Shown here: positions 19,310 through 28,362 of the stretch, one piece after another
How the letters are laid out: each line of letters begins with the position of its first letter
Numbering within the stretch: position 1 is the first letter of the stretch
DNA from: Bacilli bacterium
GTDB taxonomy: Bacteria; Bacillota_I; Bacilli_A; ML615J-28; CAG-313
NCBI GenBank assembly: GCA_017501465.1
Contig: JAFVWY010000009.1
Coordinates: 115,092 to 179,091, forward strand
Length of the DNA: 64,000 nt
Direction of reading: 5' to 3'
Notes under the pieces: generated by a model
What the model saw: the letters and a program-made list of their open reading frames with translations, nothing else
Databases searched by the model: none
What the model was told of the DNA's origin: nothing
Position numbers and translations under genes: made by a program

Positions 19310-20404
19310 ATGGAAAAGTTTGAAATACTTAAGCATCATGAAGATTTTAAAAGAAGAATTAATGAATTAAAACAGGTGTTAAATATTGAAAAACTTATAC
19401 AGGAAATTCAAGAATTTGATAGTGTAATGCAACAAGATGGTTTTTGGAATGATACAAGACATGCTAAGTCCCTTATTAATAAATTAAATACTTTAAAGAA
19501 TAAATATAACTTATATGTTGAATTAGAAAAATATCAAGAAGAATTAACAACAATTATTGAATTTAATGATGATGAATTATTTGTTGAAGCCACAAGTTTA
19601 ATTGATACAATTATAAAAAAATTAGATAATTTTGAAGAATTATTATTACTTAATGAAGAATATGATAGTAATAACTGTATTTTAGAAATACATCCTGGTG
19701 CAGGGGGTACAGAATCACAAGATTGGGCTTTAATGTTATTTAGAATGTATAAAAGATTTGCCGAAATTAAAGGTTTTAAATTTAGCGTGCTAGATTATTT
19801 AGAAGCAATTGATGCTGGAATTAAAAGTGTTACTTGTTTAGTAGAAGGTGTTAATGCTTATGGATTATTAAAGTCAGAAAAAGGAGTACACCGATTGGTT
19901 CGTATTTCACCATTTGACTCAAACGCTAGAAGACACACAAGTTTTGCAGGTGTTAACATTACCCCAGAAGTTAGTGATGATATTGACATTGAGATTAATG
20001 TTGATGATTTAAGAGTAGATACTTATAGATCAAGTGGTGCAGGAGGTCAATATGTTAATACTACTGACTCTGCTGTAAGAATTACACATATTCCAACCGG
20101 TATTGTCGTTTCTTGTCAAAATGAAAGAAGTCAAATTCAAAATAGAGAAAGGGCAATGCAAGTTTTAAAAGCAAAGTTATATGAACACGAAAAAGAAATT
20201 GAGAAGGCAAAACTTTCTAAAATTGAAGGAGATATTACTGATAACGCTTTTGGCAGTCAAATCAGAAGTTATGTTCTTCATCCATATTCACTAGTTAAAG
20301 ATCACAGAACAAATTATGAATCAATGAATCCACAAAAAGTTTTAGATGGTGATTTGATGGGATTTATTAATGCATATTTAAAAAATAAAAAGACGGTGAT
20401 ATAG
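19310..20404 (+). CDS. prfB: peptide chain release factor 2, single uninterrupted ORF
   Basis: GGQ motif SGAGGQYVNTTDSAVRITH. SPF tripeptide at RISPFDS, which marks RF2 rather than RF1. Confidence 0.85.
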   Translation: MEKFEILKHHEDFKRRINELKQVLNIEKLIQEIQEFDSVMQQDGFWNDTRHAKSLINKLNTLKNKYNLYVELEKYQEELTTIIEFNDDELFVEATSLIDTIIKKLDNFEELLLLNEEYDSNNCILEIHPGAGGTESQDWALMLFRMYKRFAEIKGFKFSVLDYLEAIDAGIKSVTCLVEGVNAYGLLKSEKGVHRLVRISPFDSNARRHTSFAGVNITPEVSDDIDIEINVDDLRVDTYRSSGAGGQYVNTTDSAVRITHIPTGIVVSCQNERSQIQNRERAMQVLKAKLYEHEKEIEKAKLSKIEGDITDNAFGSQIRSYVLHPYSLVKDHRTNYESMNPQKVLDGDLMGFINAYLKNKKTVI

Positions 20405-20405
20405 T

Positions 20406-21320
20406 ATGAATAAAAATAGTATTAAAAGAAAAATAAAAGATTTTATTTATTTGAATTTAGGAGTTATTTTAATTACAATTCCATTTGTTTTTATTATGAC
20501 ACCAAATAATGCAGTATATGGTGGGGTTCAAGGTATTTCCATCATTATTAATAGCTTATTACCTGGATTTGAAAGAGTTTCTTACATTTTACTGGCCTTA
20601 AATATCATCCTTTTATTATTAGGTTGGCTATGTATTGGTAAAGAGTTTTTCTTAAAAACATTATATTGTTCAATAGCCTCATTTGTATATGCGTGGATTT
20701 TTGAATGGGCATTAACTGAAGAAGTAATTAAAACTGCTGTTGGAATATTTGAATCGAATGGCTTTTTGGTTGTTACTATTTGTGGTATTTTGATGGGGGC
20801 AGGCCTTGGTCTTGCTTTAAAAACCGGCGCATCAACAGGTGGAGTGGATATCTTACAAGCAATGTGTTATAAATATTTTAAGATGTCTTACTCTAAAAGT
20901 TTAATATTTATTGATGGCACTATTGTGTTAATCGGTTCAATTTTATTACATAAAGATATTGCTTTAGTAGAAAATATTTTGTATGCATTAGTTTTAATAT
21001 TATTATCAGGTTATGTAACTGATTCGATTGTCTTTAGTGGATTTAATGTAAGAGCAATGTATATTATTACAAAAGAACCTGAACAAGTTAAAAAATATAT
21101 TTTAGAGAAATTAAGAAGAGGTGTAACAGAAGTTCCAGCCAAAGGTGGTTATACTGGGGATGATAAAGTACTGCTACTTTGTGTATTATCATCAAGAGAA
21201 TATTTTGTTTTAAAGGATTTAATTGAAACAATAGATGATGGTGCGTTTATTTATGCTGCTAGAGCTTCAGAAGTACATGGGGAAGGCTTTAGTTATGACT
21301 CATTTGATGAACGATGGTAA
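20406..21320 (+). CDS. YitT-family membrane protein (DUF161 + DUF2179)
   Basis: Five TM helices, then a C-terminal soluble domain. Architecture matches YitT/YpjC family. Confidence 0.55.
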   Translation: MNKNSIKRKIKDFIYLNLGVILITIPFVFIMTPNNAVYGGVQGISIIINSLLPGFERVSYILLALNIILLLLGWLCIGKEFFLKTLYCSIASFVYAWIFEWALTEEVIKTAVGIFESNGFLVVTICGILMGAGLGLALKTGASTGGVDILQAMCYKYFKMSYSKSLIFIDGTIVLIGSILLHKDIALVENILYALVLILLSGYVTDSIVFSGFNVRAMYIITKEPEQVKKYILEKLRRGVTEVPAKGGYTGDDKVLLLCVLSSREYFVLKDLIETIDDGAFIYAARASEVHGEGFSYDSFDERW

Positions 21321-21933
21321 ATTAATTTCGGTTTTAAAAATTATTCAAAAAGGATATAATTATCAAGTTATATTTGACAATGATTTAAAATTAGAGTTAT
21401 CACTTGATCAATTAGTTGAATTTAGAATCAGTTTAGATAAAAAATTTAGTGAACTTGAAATAAAGAACCTAATAGAAGAATCTAAAATTTTATTTTGGTA
21501 CAATAAGACCATTAAATTTATTAGTCGAAAACTAAGAACAAAAAAAGAAATTTTAGATTATTTAAAAAATACTAACTTAGATGAAATACAAATTTCTAAT
21601 ATTTTAACTAAGTTAACAAAAAACAATTATATTAATGATTTGCTATATTCTAAATATTTTATGGAAGATTGTATTAACAAATTAAAAGGTAAAGTTTATT
21701 TTGTTTACATTTTAAAAAATAAAGGGATTCCAGATTTTATCATTAATGAGGTAGTAGATAGTTTTGATGAAGAAATAGTAATAGATAGGCTTGTCATTAA
21801 ATTTCAAAAGTATCAACAATCTATTAAAGAATATTCTAAATCTATCCAAATACAAAAGATTAAAAATAATTTATTACGTAGTGGTTTTACTTCTAATACA
21901 ATTGAAAAGGTAATAGGTAAGATTAATTTTTAA
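21295..21933 (+). CDS. recX: RecA regulator RecX-like protein
   Basis: KLISVLKIIQKGYNYQVIFDNDLKLELSLDQLVEFRI matches the RecX N-terminal pattern, followed by three helical repeats. Start chosen at the ATG after GGAAGG. The track start at 21235 overlaps yitT. Confidence 0.5.
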   Translation: MTHLMNDGKLISVLKIIQKGYNYQVIFDNDLKLELSLDQLVEFRISLDKKFSELEIKNLIEESKILFWYNKTIKFISRKLRTKKEILDYLKNTNLDEIQISNILTKLTKNNYINDLLYSKYFMEDCINKLKGKVYFVYILKNKGIPDFIINEVVDSFDEEIVIDRLVIKFQKYQQSIKEYSKSIQIQKIKNNLLRSGFTSNTIEKVIGKINF

Positions 21934-21953
21934 GTAAATGTTTAATGTATATA

Positions 21954-21982
21954 AATGTCAGTTTTACTGACATTTTTTTTAT
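21954..21982 (+). terminator. rho-independent terminator after recX
   Basis: aatgtcagtttt actgacatt hairpin followed by ttttttttattttt. Confidence 0.65.
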
Positions 21983-22214
21983 TTTTATACATATATTTTA
22001 TTGGAGTGATATAGTGAATAGAAATGAATTTAAAAAACCAAAAATTAAAGATGGATTAAGAGAAATTAAAAAAGGGTTTTTAAAAGATGTAGATTTAGAA
22101 CCATCTATTAAATTAGAAATTAGTAAAGATTTTAATCATAATAAAAAAAAGAATATTAAATAATTGATTATTATTAAAAAAAATAGTATAGTATAAATAT
22201 AACTTGGAGGAAAT

Positions 22215-23648
22215 ATGAAAAAAATACTTGTACTATTTATAATGTTGACTTCTATTTTTATGTTAGCATCTTGTGAATTTGGTGGAACAGGAAGTGGTGG
22301 TCAAACTGGCGGTAATAACAAGCCAACAGAATATACTATTACATATGAACTTGATGGCGGTGAGTTTGAAGAAGAAGCTGTTACTAAGTTTACTGATGGT
22401 AGTAAAATAGAATTAATTGAACCTGTTAAAGAAGATCACATTTTTATTGGTTGGTACAATGAAGATGATGAATTAGTATCTAATTTAGCTGGTGTTTATG
22501 AAAATGTCGTTTTATATGCTAAATGGGAATCATTTATCCCTGGTGTTGAATATCAGATTGAATATGTAACTAATGGTGGAGAACTACCAAGTGATACAGA
22601 ATATAAATATACATCTGGTAAGGAATATGTTTTACCAATCCCTAGAAAAGCTAGCTATGAATTTGTTGGTTGGTATGATTATGAAACTGATGAAGAAATG
22701 ACTAAAGTTAGCGCTACAACTAGCGGTGATGTTAAAGTTTATGCAATGTATCGCAAAACTGTTATCGTTAATAATATTACATATCATACTGATGGCGGTG
22801 TATTACCAGAAAATACTAAGTATACTTACACAGAAGGTGTAGGTCAAGCGCTACCTAAACCAACTAAAGATGGTTACTATTTTAGAGGTTGGTATACAAC
22901 TAGTTCATTCGAAAAGGTTGTAACTGCTATTACTGTTAATTATTATGGTGAATTAGAGTTTTATGCTTTATTTGTTGAAGCAACAGTAGAAAATTCTAAT
23001 TTCGCTATTCTTGGCGATAGTATTTCAACATTCTATTCACCAACATCATCTTTTAATAGTTTATTTGGTGGTGAAAATCAATTCTATTATCCAAGATATA
23101 GTGCAACTGTTAATAGTGTCCAAAAGACTTGGTGGTATAAAACAATCGAAGCTATTGGTGGAAAGTTATTCGTTAATAATTCTTACTCTGGTGGAACAGT
23201 TTGTGGTAGCGGTATGAGTGCTGCAATTTCTAATGAAAGACTTGCTAAATTTAACTATAAAGGCCAATCACCAGATGTTATCATTATTTATTTAGGCATT
23301 AACGATGCAGTTGGTAAAACACCAAGAGAAACATTTAAACAAACATATCAAGAAGTAATTAATAAGATTCATAATATGTATCATGATGTTCAAATCTTCA
23401 TATGTAACCTTCCTTATGAAACTTACACAGATGGTGTACATAGAGAACAGTATAATGAGGTTTTATCTGAACTTGCTAGTGAAAATGAATTACCATTAAT
23501 TAATTTTAAAAATGCTTGGTCAAGTAATACTGAGATTAAAAATAATTGGTATTACCTTGGTGATAATATACATCCAAGTGCTAATGGTATGAATATTTTG
23601 GCTCAAATTGCTACTAAAGCTATTAAGGAATTTTACGGTATTGAATAA
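22215..23648 (+). CDS. lipoprotein with Listeria-Bacteroides-type repeat domain and C-terminal SGNH/GDSL hydrolase
   Basis: Signal peptide with lipobox LASC. Three GWY-containing ~70-aa repeats. SGNH blocks FAILGDSISTF, LGINDA, DNIHP. Paralog of the 59076..60860 lipoprotein. Confidence 0.7.
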   Translation: MKKILVLFIMLTSIFMLASCEFGGTGSGGQTGGNNKPTEYTITYELDGGEFEEEAVTKFTDGSKIELIEPVKEDHIFIGWYNEDDELVSNLAGVYENVVLYAKWESFIPGVEYQIEYVTNGGELPSDTEYKYTSGKEYVLPIPRKASYEFVGWYDYETDEEMTKVSATTSGDVKVYAMYRKTVIVNNITYHTDGGVLPENTKYTYTEGVGQALPKPTKDGYYFRGWYTTSSFEKVVTAITVNYYGELEFYALFVEATVENSNFAILGDSISTFYSPTSSFNSLFGGENQFYYPRYSATVNSVQKTWWYKTIEAIGGKLFVNNSYSGGTVCGSGMSAAISNERLAKFNYKGQSPDVIIIYLGINDAVGKTPRETFKQTYQEVINKIHNMYHDVQIFICNLPYETYTDGVHREQYNEVLSELASENELPLINFKNAWSSNTEIKNNWYYLGDNIHPSANGMNILAQIATKAIKEFYGIE

Positions 23649-23721
23649 ATAAAAAAACACATTAGAATTTCTAATGTGTTTTTAATTTGTAAAAATATTC
23701 TTTTTGATATATAATAATAGT

Positions 23722-23876
23722 GTTCTTCAGGGCAGGGTGTAATTCCCGACCGGCAGTAAAGTCTGCGAAATCTAAATGATTTGATGAGGTTAGATTCCTC
23801 AACCGATAGTATAGTCTAGATGAAAGAAGAAATCCATTTCTTTTTTTGTCGCTCTGTAGCGGCTTTTTATTTTATT
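23722..23876 (+). promoter_or_regulatory. FMN riboswitch (RFN element) with intrinsic terminator expression platform
   Basis: ttcttcagggcagggtgtaattcccgaccggcagtaaagtctgcgaaa...ggttagattcctcaaccgatagtatagtctagatgaaagaagaa matches the conserved RFN core. Followed by gtcgctctgtagcggc hairpin plus T-run. Confidence 0.8.
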
Positions 23877-23889
23877 TAAAGGATGGTTT

Positions 23890-24522
23890 ATGTATATGAA
23901 AAAAAGAAAAGTAACAACAGCGTGGGAAGTTCAAGTAGCAATCCTTTCTGCACTTGCCATTATTTTATACAATTTTCCTAAGTTTCAACTTCCGTTTTTT
24001 CCTGGTATGTTAAGTGTGCAATTTTCTATGTTACCTACTATTATTGGTGGTTTTGCTTTAGGTCCAGTTGGCGGAATCTATATTGTATTAATTAAGTTTA
24101 TTTTTAAATTACTAACAACAAGATCAGCTGGGGTTGGAGAATTTGTTGATTTAATTATAGGAGTTTGTGTAGTACTTGTTACTTCACTAATTTATAAATA
24201 TATTAAAAGTAAAAAAGGAGCCATTATTGCCTTAATTATGGGATCTATTACTTGGGTAGTAGTTGCGGTTATTTTAAACTGGCTTTGGGCAATACCATTT
24301 TATTGTAATACTTTTGGTATGGATAAAGTAATTGGTATGATAATGGTAATACCTGGCGTTAATGAAAGCAATTATATGAGTAAATATTTATTATTTGGAT
24401 GTTTACCATTTAATCTTATGTTAGCAAGTGTAGTAAGTATAGTCACATATATTATATATAAAAGAGTTTCTTGGTTATTTGAGAAAATGACTAATAAAAT
24501 AGAAAAGAAAAATAGAGTTTAA
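23890..24522 (+). CDS. ribU: riboflavin transporter RibU (ECF S-component)
   Basis: Sits downstream of the FMN riboswitch. About six TM helices, 210 aa. LPTIIGGFALGPVGG segment typical of RibU/YpaA. Confidence 0.75.
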   Translation: MYMKKRKVTTAWEVQVAILSALAIILYNFPKFQLPFFPGMLSVQFSMLPTIIGGFALGPVGGIYIVLIKFIFKLLTTRSAGVGEFVDLIIGVCVVLVTSLIYKYIKSKKGAIIALIMGSITWVVVAVILNWLWAIPFYCNTFGMDKVIGMIMVIPGVNESNYMSKYLLFGCLPFNLMLASVVSIVTYIIYKRVSWLFEKMTNKIEKKNRV

Positions 24523-24536
24523 AAAACTCTATTTTT

Positions 24537-25346
24537 TTATATTTTAAAATAATCTTTTAAAAATAAATAAACCCCTTTTTCTTTATTAGACTTAGTAATA
24601 ACATTAGCATGAGGTAGTAGCTCTTTATGAGAATTCGCCATAGCAACTTTGGTATGTGCTAAGTTAAACATCTCGATGTCGTTGTGACCATCGCCTATTG
24701 CAATTACACACTTAGGATCAATTTTGTAATATTCAATGGCACTTTTCAAACCTTCGCCTTTATTAACATTGATGTTATATACTTCAACAATTTGAAATAA
24801 ATCGTCCTCTCCCCAATATCTACTTCTTAAAATACCATTATATTTTTTATCGATATATTCTTGTAGTTGTTCAACAAATCCATCTTTAACAAATAAGATT
24901 AAACCATTAGGATCATCAGGAAGAGTTTGATCAAGAGAACCAACATGTAAGAATCCGTTATCAACATGTAAGTATGGATGGATGGCTTCATTATAATCTA
25001 AAACATATATATCATCATGGATTTCGGAAAAGACATTAACTAGATTATCACCAATAAAATTAATAATATCTATAATATATTCTTTTTTAACTCTTAAATC
25101 AGTTTTTGGAAAACAATCATCAAAAGGGTTAGAAACTAATGCACCATTATAATTGATAATTGGTGTATTTAATCCAATTGCTTGATGAACAAAAAAACTT
25201 GATCTAAAAGGTCTTCCAGTAGCAATTAAAATAATATGTCCAAGTTCATTTAATTTTTTTAAATATTCAACAGCACATTGTTCGTATTCACCAAAGTTCA
25301 ACATTAATGTACCATCTAAATCAATTATAATAAGATGTTTATCCAT
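24537..25346 (-). CDS. Cof-type HAD-IIB family hydrolase
   Basis: N-terminal IIIDLDGTLM motif I. GDGHNDIEMF motif IV. Confidence 0.75.
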   Translation of the reverse strand: MDKHLIIIDLDGTLMLNFGEYEQCAVEYLKKLNELGHIILIATGRPFRSSFFVHQAIGLNTPIINYNGALVSNPFDDCFPKTDLRVKKEYIIDIINFIGDNLVNVFSEIHDDIYVLDYNEAIHPYLHVDNGFLHVGSLDQTLPDDPNGLILFVKDGFVEQLQEYIDKKYNGILRSRYWGEDDLFQIVEVYNINVNKGEGLKSAIEYYKIDPKCVIAIGDGHNDIEMFNLAHTKVAMANSHKELLPHANVITKSNKEKGVYLFLKDYFKI

Positions 25347-25465
25347 AAGTGTTCTCCTTTTTGTTAATTATATCAAAAAGTTAGTAAGAAAGAAATTATT
25401 TTAATAATTGTTTTACAAATTCTTTTAATTGGTGTAAAATAGATATACAAGAAAGAGAGCTAAAA

Positions 25466-26254
25466 ATGTTTTTAAGTAAAGTAGATGATTTTTTTAACTG
25501 GATCTTTAAAGATTTAAATGGTAAGTTTGATTTTAGAATATTCGTGACTTTATTAATTGGTATCTTATTGGGTATTATAATTACTATTTCGATATATGGT
25601 ATTGTATTATTAATATCTTTAAAACAATCTGAAAAGAAACAAAAAAGCCATATTATTGAATCTAATTTAACTGAAGATGAATTAGAAAAATTAGTAAAAC
25701 AAATAAAGAATGAATTCCTAGATACAACATCTACTTTTACCCCGAGTGAAAAAGTTAAAGTTTTAGGTACTACTTTACTAAATACTATTAAAACAATTGC
25801 TGCATCTTTTTATCCTAACTCTAAGTATCCTTTATTTGAATTAAATATTGAGGAACTATTGGTGTTGTGTCACTATATTAGCAATAGGGTGGAAACTATT
25901 TTTGACAAAAGAGTTTTAAAGCCTTTTAAAACAATGAGTATCAGTCAAATATTTAAAATGTTAGATGAATATAAAAGAGTACAAGAAAATAAAGCGGTTA
26001 AAGGATTTAAAAAGACCTCATCTGCTAGAAATATTGTGTTTACAATATTGAATTATGCTAATCCTGTATATTGGTTTAAAAAATTAATTATTAATGGAAC
26101 TATCAATTCAGCATTAACTAAAATGTGTTTAATAGTAATTGATATTACATCTAGTGAAACAATTAAAGTATATAGTAAAAGAGTTTTCAACAAAGAGTTA
26201 GAACTACTAGATGAAATAGTAGAAAAAGAAATTAATGAAATGGAGGAATTATAA
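25466..26254 (+). CDS. hypothetical single-pass membrane protein, translationally coupled to ftsK
   Basis: One strong TM helix (IFVTLLIGILLGIIITISIYGIVLLISL). Its stop overlaps the ftsK start (ATAATG). No motif recognised. Confidence 0.4.
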   Translation: MFLSKVDDFFNWIFKDLNGKFDFRIFVTLLIGILLGIIITISIYGIVLLISLKQSEKKQKSHIIESNLTEDELEKLVKQIKNEFLDTTSTFTPSEKVKVLGTTLLNTIKTIAASFYPNSKYPLFELNIEELLVLCHYISNRVETIFDKRVLKPFKTMSISQIFKMLDEYKRVQENKAVKGFKKTSSARNIVFTILNYANPVYWFKKLIINGTINSALTKMCLIVIDITSSETIKVYSKRVFNKELELLDEIVEKEINEMEEL

Positions 26255-28362
26255 TGAAAAAGAAAAATCAAGAAATAGTTTTTAATCTTAAGTTTATTGA
26301 TGAGAATTCTAAAGATACTAGGGATGATTTTCCTAATGTGTTAAAACATGTTGATCCAATTACTCCATTAGATAGTTTTCCGATTTGTTATTTTAAAGAT
26401 GAAAAACATGTGGAAAAACCAATAGAAGAAACTATTGTTATTAATGAACCTAATAAATTTGTATCACCAATTATTGGAGAACAAAATAATGATTTAGTAA
26501 GTGGAGAACATAGTAACAGACCTAAAGAAGTTTATGAAAAGTTTATGGGAGATGAAAAAAAGCCCCAAACTATTAGCGAAATTAAAAAGAGTTTTGATTT
26601 ATTAGACTCTAAAGATTATCGAAACATTTTAATTAATGGTGTGGCTCCGGTGGATTATGATGAGTCAACTGGTTATGAATATGAAATAGATGATACATAC
26701 GAAGAGGAAGTTAAAGAAGTAGAAATTCCAGAAGTAAAACATACTAATTATGAGTATTATGTTGAAGAAGATACTAAACCTAAAGAAGAAAATAAATTTG
26801 AAGATATTGAAGAATTCACTTTAGAAGATGATTTGGAAGAAGAAGTTGAATTAGAAGAAGAAGTTATAGAAAAACCGATTAAAAAAGAAGTTGTAATTAA
26901 AGAAGTAGAAAAACCCGCTTATCATAAACCTAGTAAAAGAAGTAAATATGTTGCTCCGCCTTTAAAATTCTTAAAGAAGAATGAAGGTAGAGTTGAGGTT
27001 GATAATGAGTGGGCACTTGAAAAACAAAATGCAATTAATAGAGTATTTAGTGAATTTAATTATGGTGCCAAAGCTGTAGGCTACAAGGTAGGTCCTACTG
27101 TTACATTGTTTTTAATTGATATTGAACCAGGAACAGATGTTGGTAAAATAAATTCCTTCACTAAAACATTACAAATGAGACTATGCGTTAAGAGTTTAAG
27201 AATTCATTCGCCAATTCCTGGAATGGATTGTGCTGGTATTGAAGTGCCTAATGCCAAACGTACAACCGTTTTAGCAGGAACTTTAATTAATAATCCTGAA
27301 TATTTACAAGATGAAAAAAAATTAAAGTTTGCTTTAGGGTTAAATTTAAGTGGCGATATGGTATATGCTGATATTGAAAAGATGCCACATGGATTAATTG
27401 CCGGAGCAACTGGTAGTGGTAAGAGTGTATGTATTAATACTATGATTATTAGTTTAATATATCACAATACTCCAGATGAATTAAGAATGATTATGGTAGA
27501 CCCTAAAATGGTAGAACTATCTATTTATAATGATATTCCTCATCTTGCAATGCCAGTAATTACTGAGGCTAAAAAAGCAGCTCCTGCTTTTAAATGGCTT
27601 TGTGAAGAAATGGATCGTAGATTTATGATCTTCTCTCAATATCATGTCAGAGATATTAGTAAGTTTAATAAATTAATGGAAGCTCAAGGAAACAAGATTT
27701 TCCCTCGTATTGTTTTAATTATAGATGAATTAGCTGACTTAATGTTAGTTGCTGGTAACGAAATTGATGGTTACATTCAACGTTTAGGTGGTAAAGCTAG
27801 AGCAGCGGGTATTCACGTTATTTTAGCAACCCAAAGACCTTCTACTGATGTTATTAAAGGTACAATGAAAAATAATGTGCCTGCCAGAATCGCGTTTGCA
27901 GTTACGAGCCCTGTGGATTCTACTACTATCTTAGACCATGGCGGTGCTGAAAAATTACTTGGTATGGGTGATATGTTGTTCTCTAATGCTCAAGGGGAAG
28001 AACGTGTTCAAGGTGCTTTAGTAACTGATGATGAAATTAGTGATATTGTAGAATTCTTAGTTGAACATAATGAGGTATCATTCTTACTAGATTCTAATCA
28101 ATTACAAGAAAGAATTGTAAGTGAAGAAGTAGAAGAAGGTGACGATGAATTACTTGAAGAAGTTGCTTTATATATGGTAAGAAATAAGAATGGTTCATCC
28201 AATATTATTCAGACAAAATTTGGTGTTTCCTTTAATAGAGCAAAACGAATGTTGTCTAAAATGGAAAAACTAGGTATTTTATCTGAAACAGTGGCTGGTA
28301 AACCTAGAGAAGTTTTAGTAAATGAAGAAGAATTATTAAGAATTCTTGATGAAAATAAGTAG
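26254..28362 (+). CDS. ftsK: FtsK/SpoIIIE-family DNA translocase lacking a membrane domain (SftA-like)
   Basis: Acidic low-complexity linker. Walker A GATGSGKSVCINT. ILATQRPS. C-terminal winged-helix gamma domain. No TM helices are predicted. Confidence 0.85.
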   Translation: MKKKNQEIVFNLKFIDENSKDTRDDFPNVLKHVDPITPLDSFPICYFKDEKHVEKPIEETIVINEPNKFVSPIIGEQNNDLVSGEHSNRPKEVYEKFMGDEKKPQTISEIKKSFDLLDSKDYRNILINGVAPVDYDESTGYEYEIDDTYEEEVKEVEIPEVKHTNYEYYVEEDTKPKEENKFEDIEEFTLEDDLEEEVELEEEVIEKPIKKEVVIKEVEKPAYHKPSKRSKYVAPPLKFLKKNEGRVEVDNEWALEKQNAINRVFSEFNYGAKAVGYKVGPTVTLFLIDIEPGTDVGKINSFTKTLQMRLCVKSLRIHSPIPGMDCAGIEVPNAKRTTVLAGTLINNPEYLQDEKKLKFALGLNLSGDMVYADIEKMPHGLIAGATGSGKSVCINTMIISLIYHNTPDELRMIMVDPKMVELSIYNDIPHLAMPVITEAKKAAPAFKWLCEEMDRRFMIFSQYHVRDISKFNKLMEAQGNKIFPRIVLIIDELADLMLVAGNEIDGYIQRLGGKARAAGIHVILATQRPSTDVIKGTMKNNVPARIAFAVTSPVDSTTILDHGGAEKLLGMGDMLFSNAQGEERVQGALVTDDEISDIVEFLVEHNEVSFLLDSNQLQERIVSEEVEEGDDELLEEVALYMVRNKNGSSNIIQTKFGVSFNRAKRMLSKMEKLGILSETVAGKPREVLVNEEELLRILDENK

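Noticed and set aside
21945-22163. 72-aa ORF after recX.
   Set aside because: The track start lies inside the recX terminator hairpin. A shorter 49-aa basic peptide from GTG 22014 with a GGAGTGA RBS is possible but has no support beyond being an open frame.
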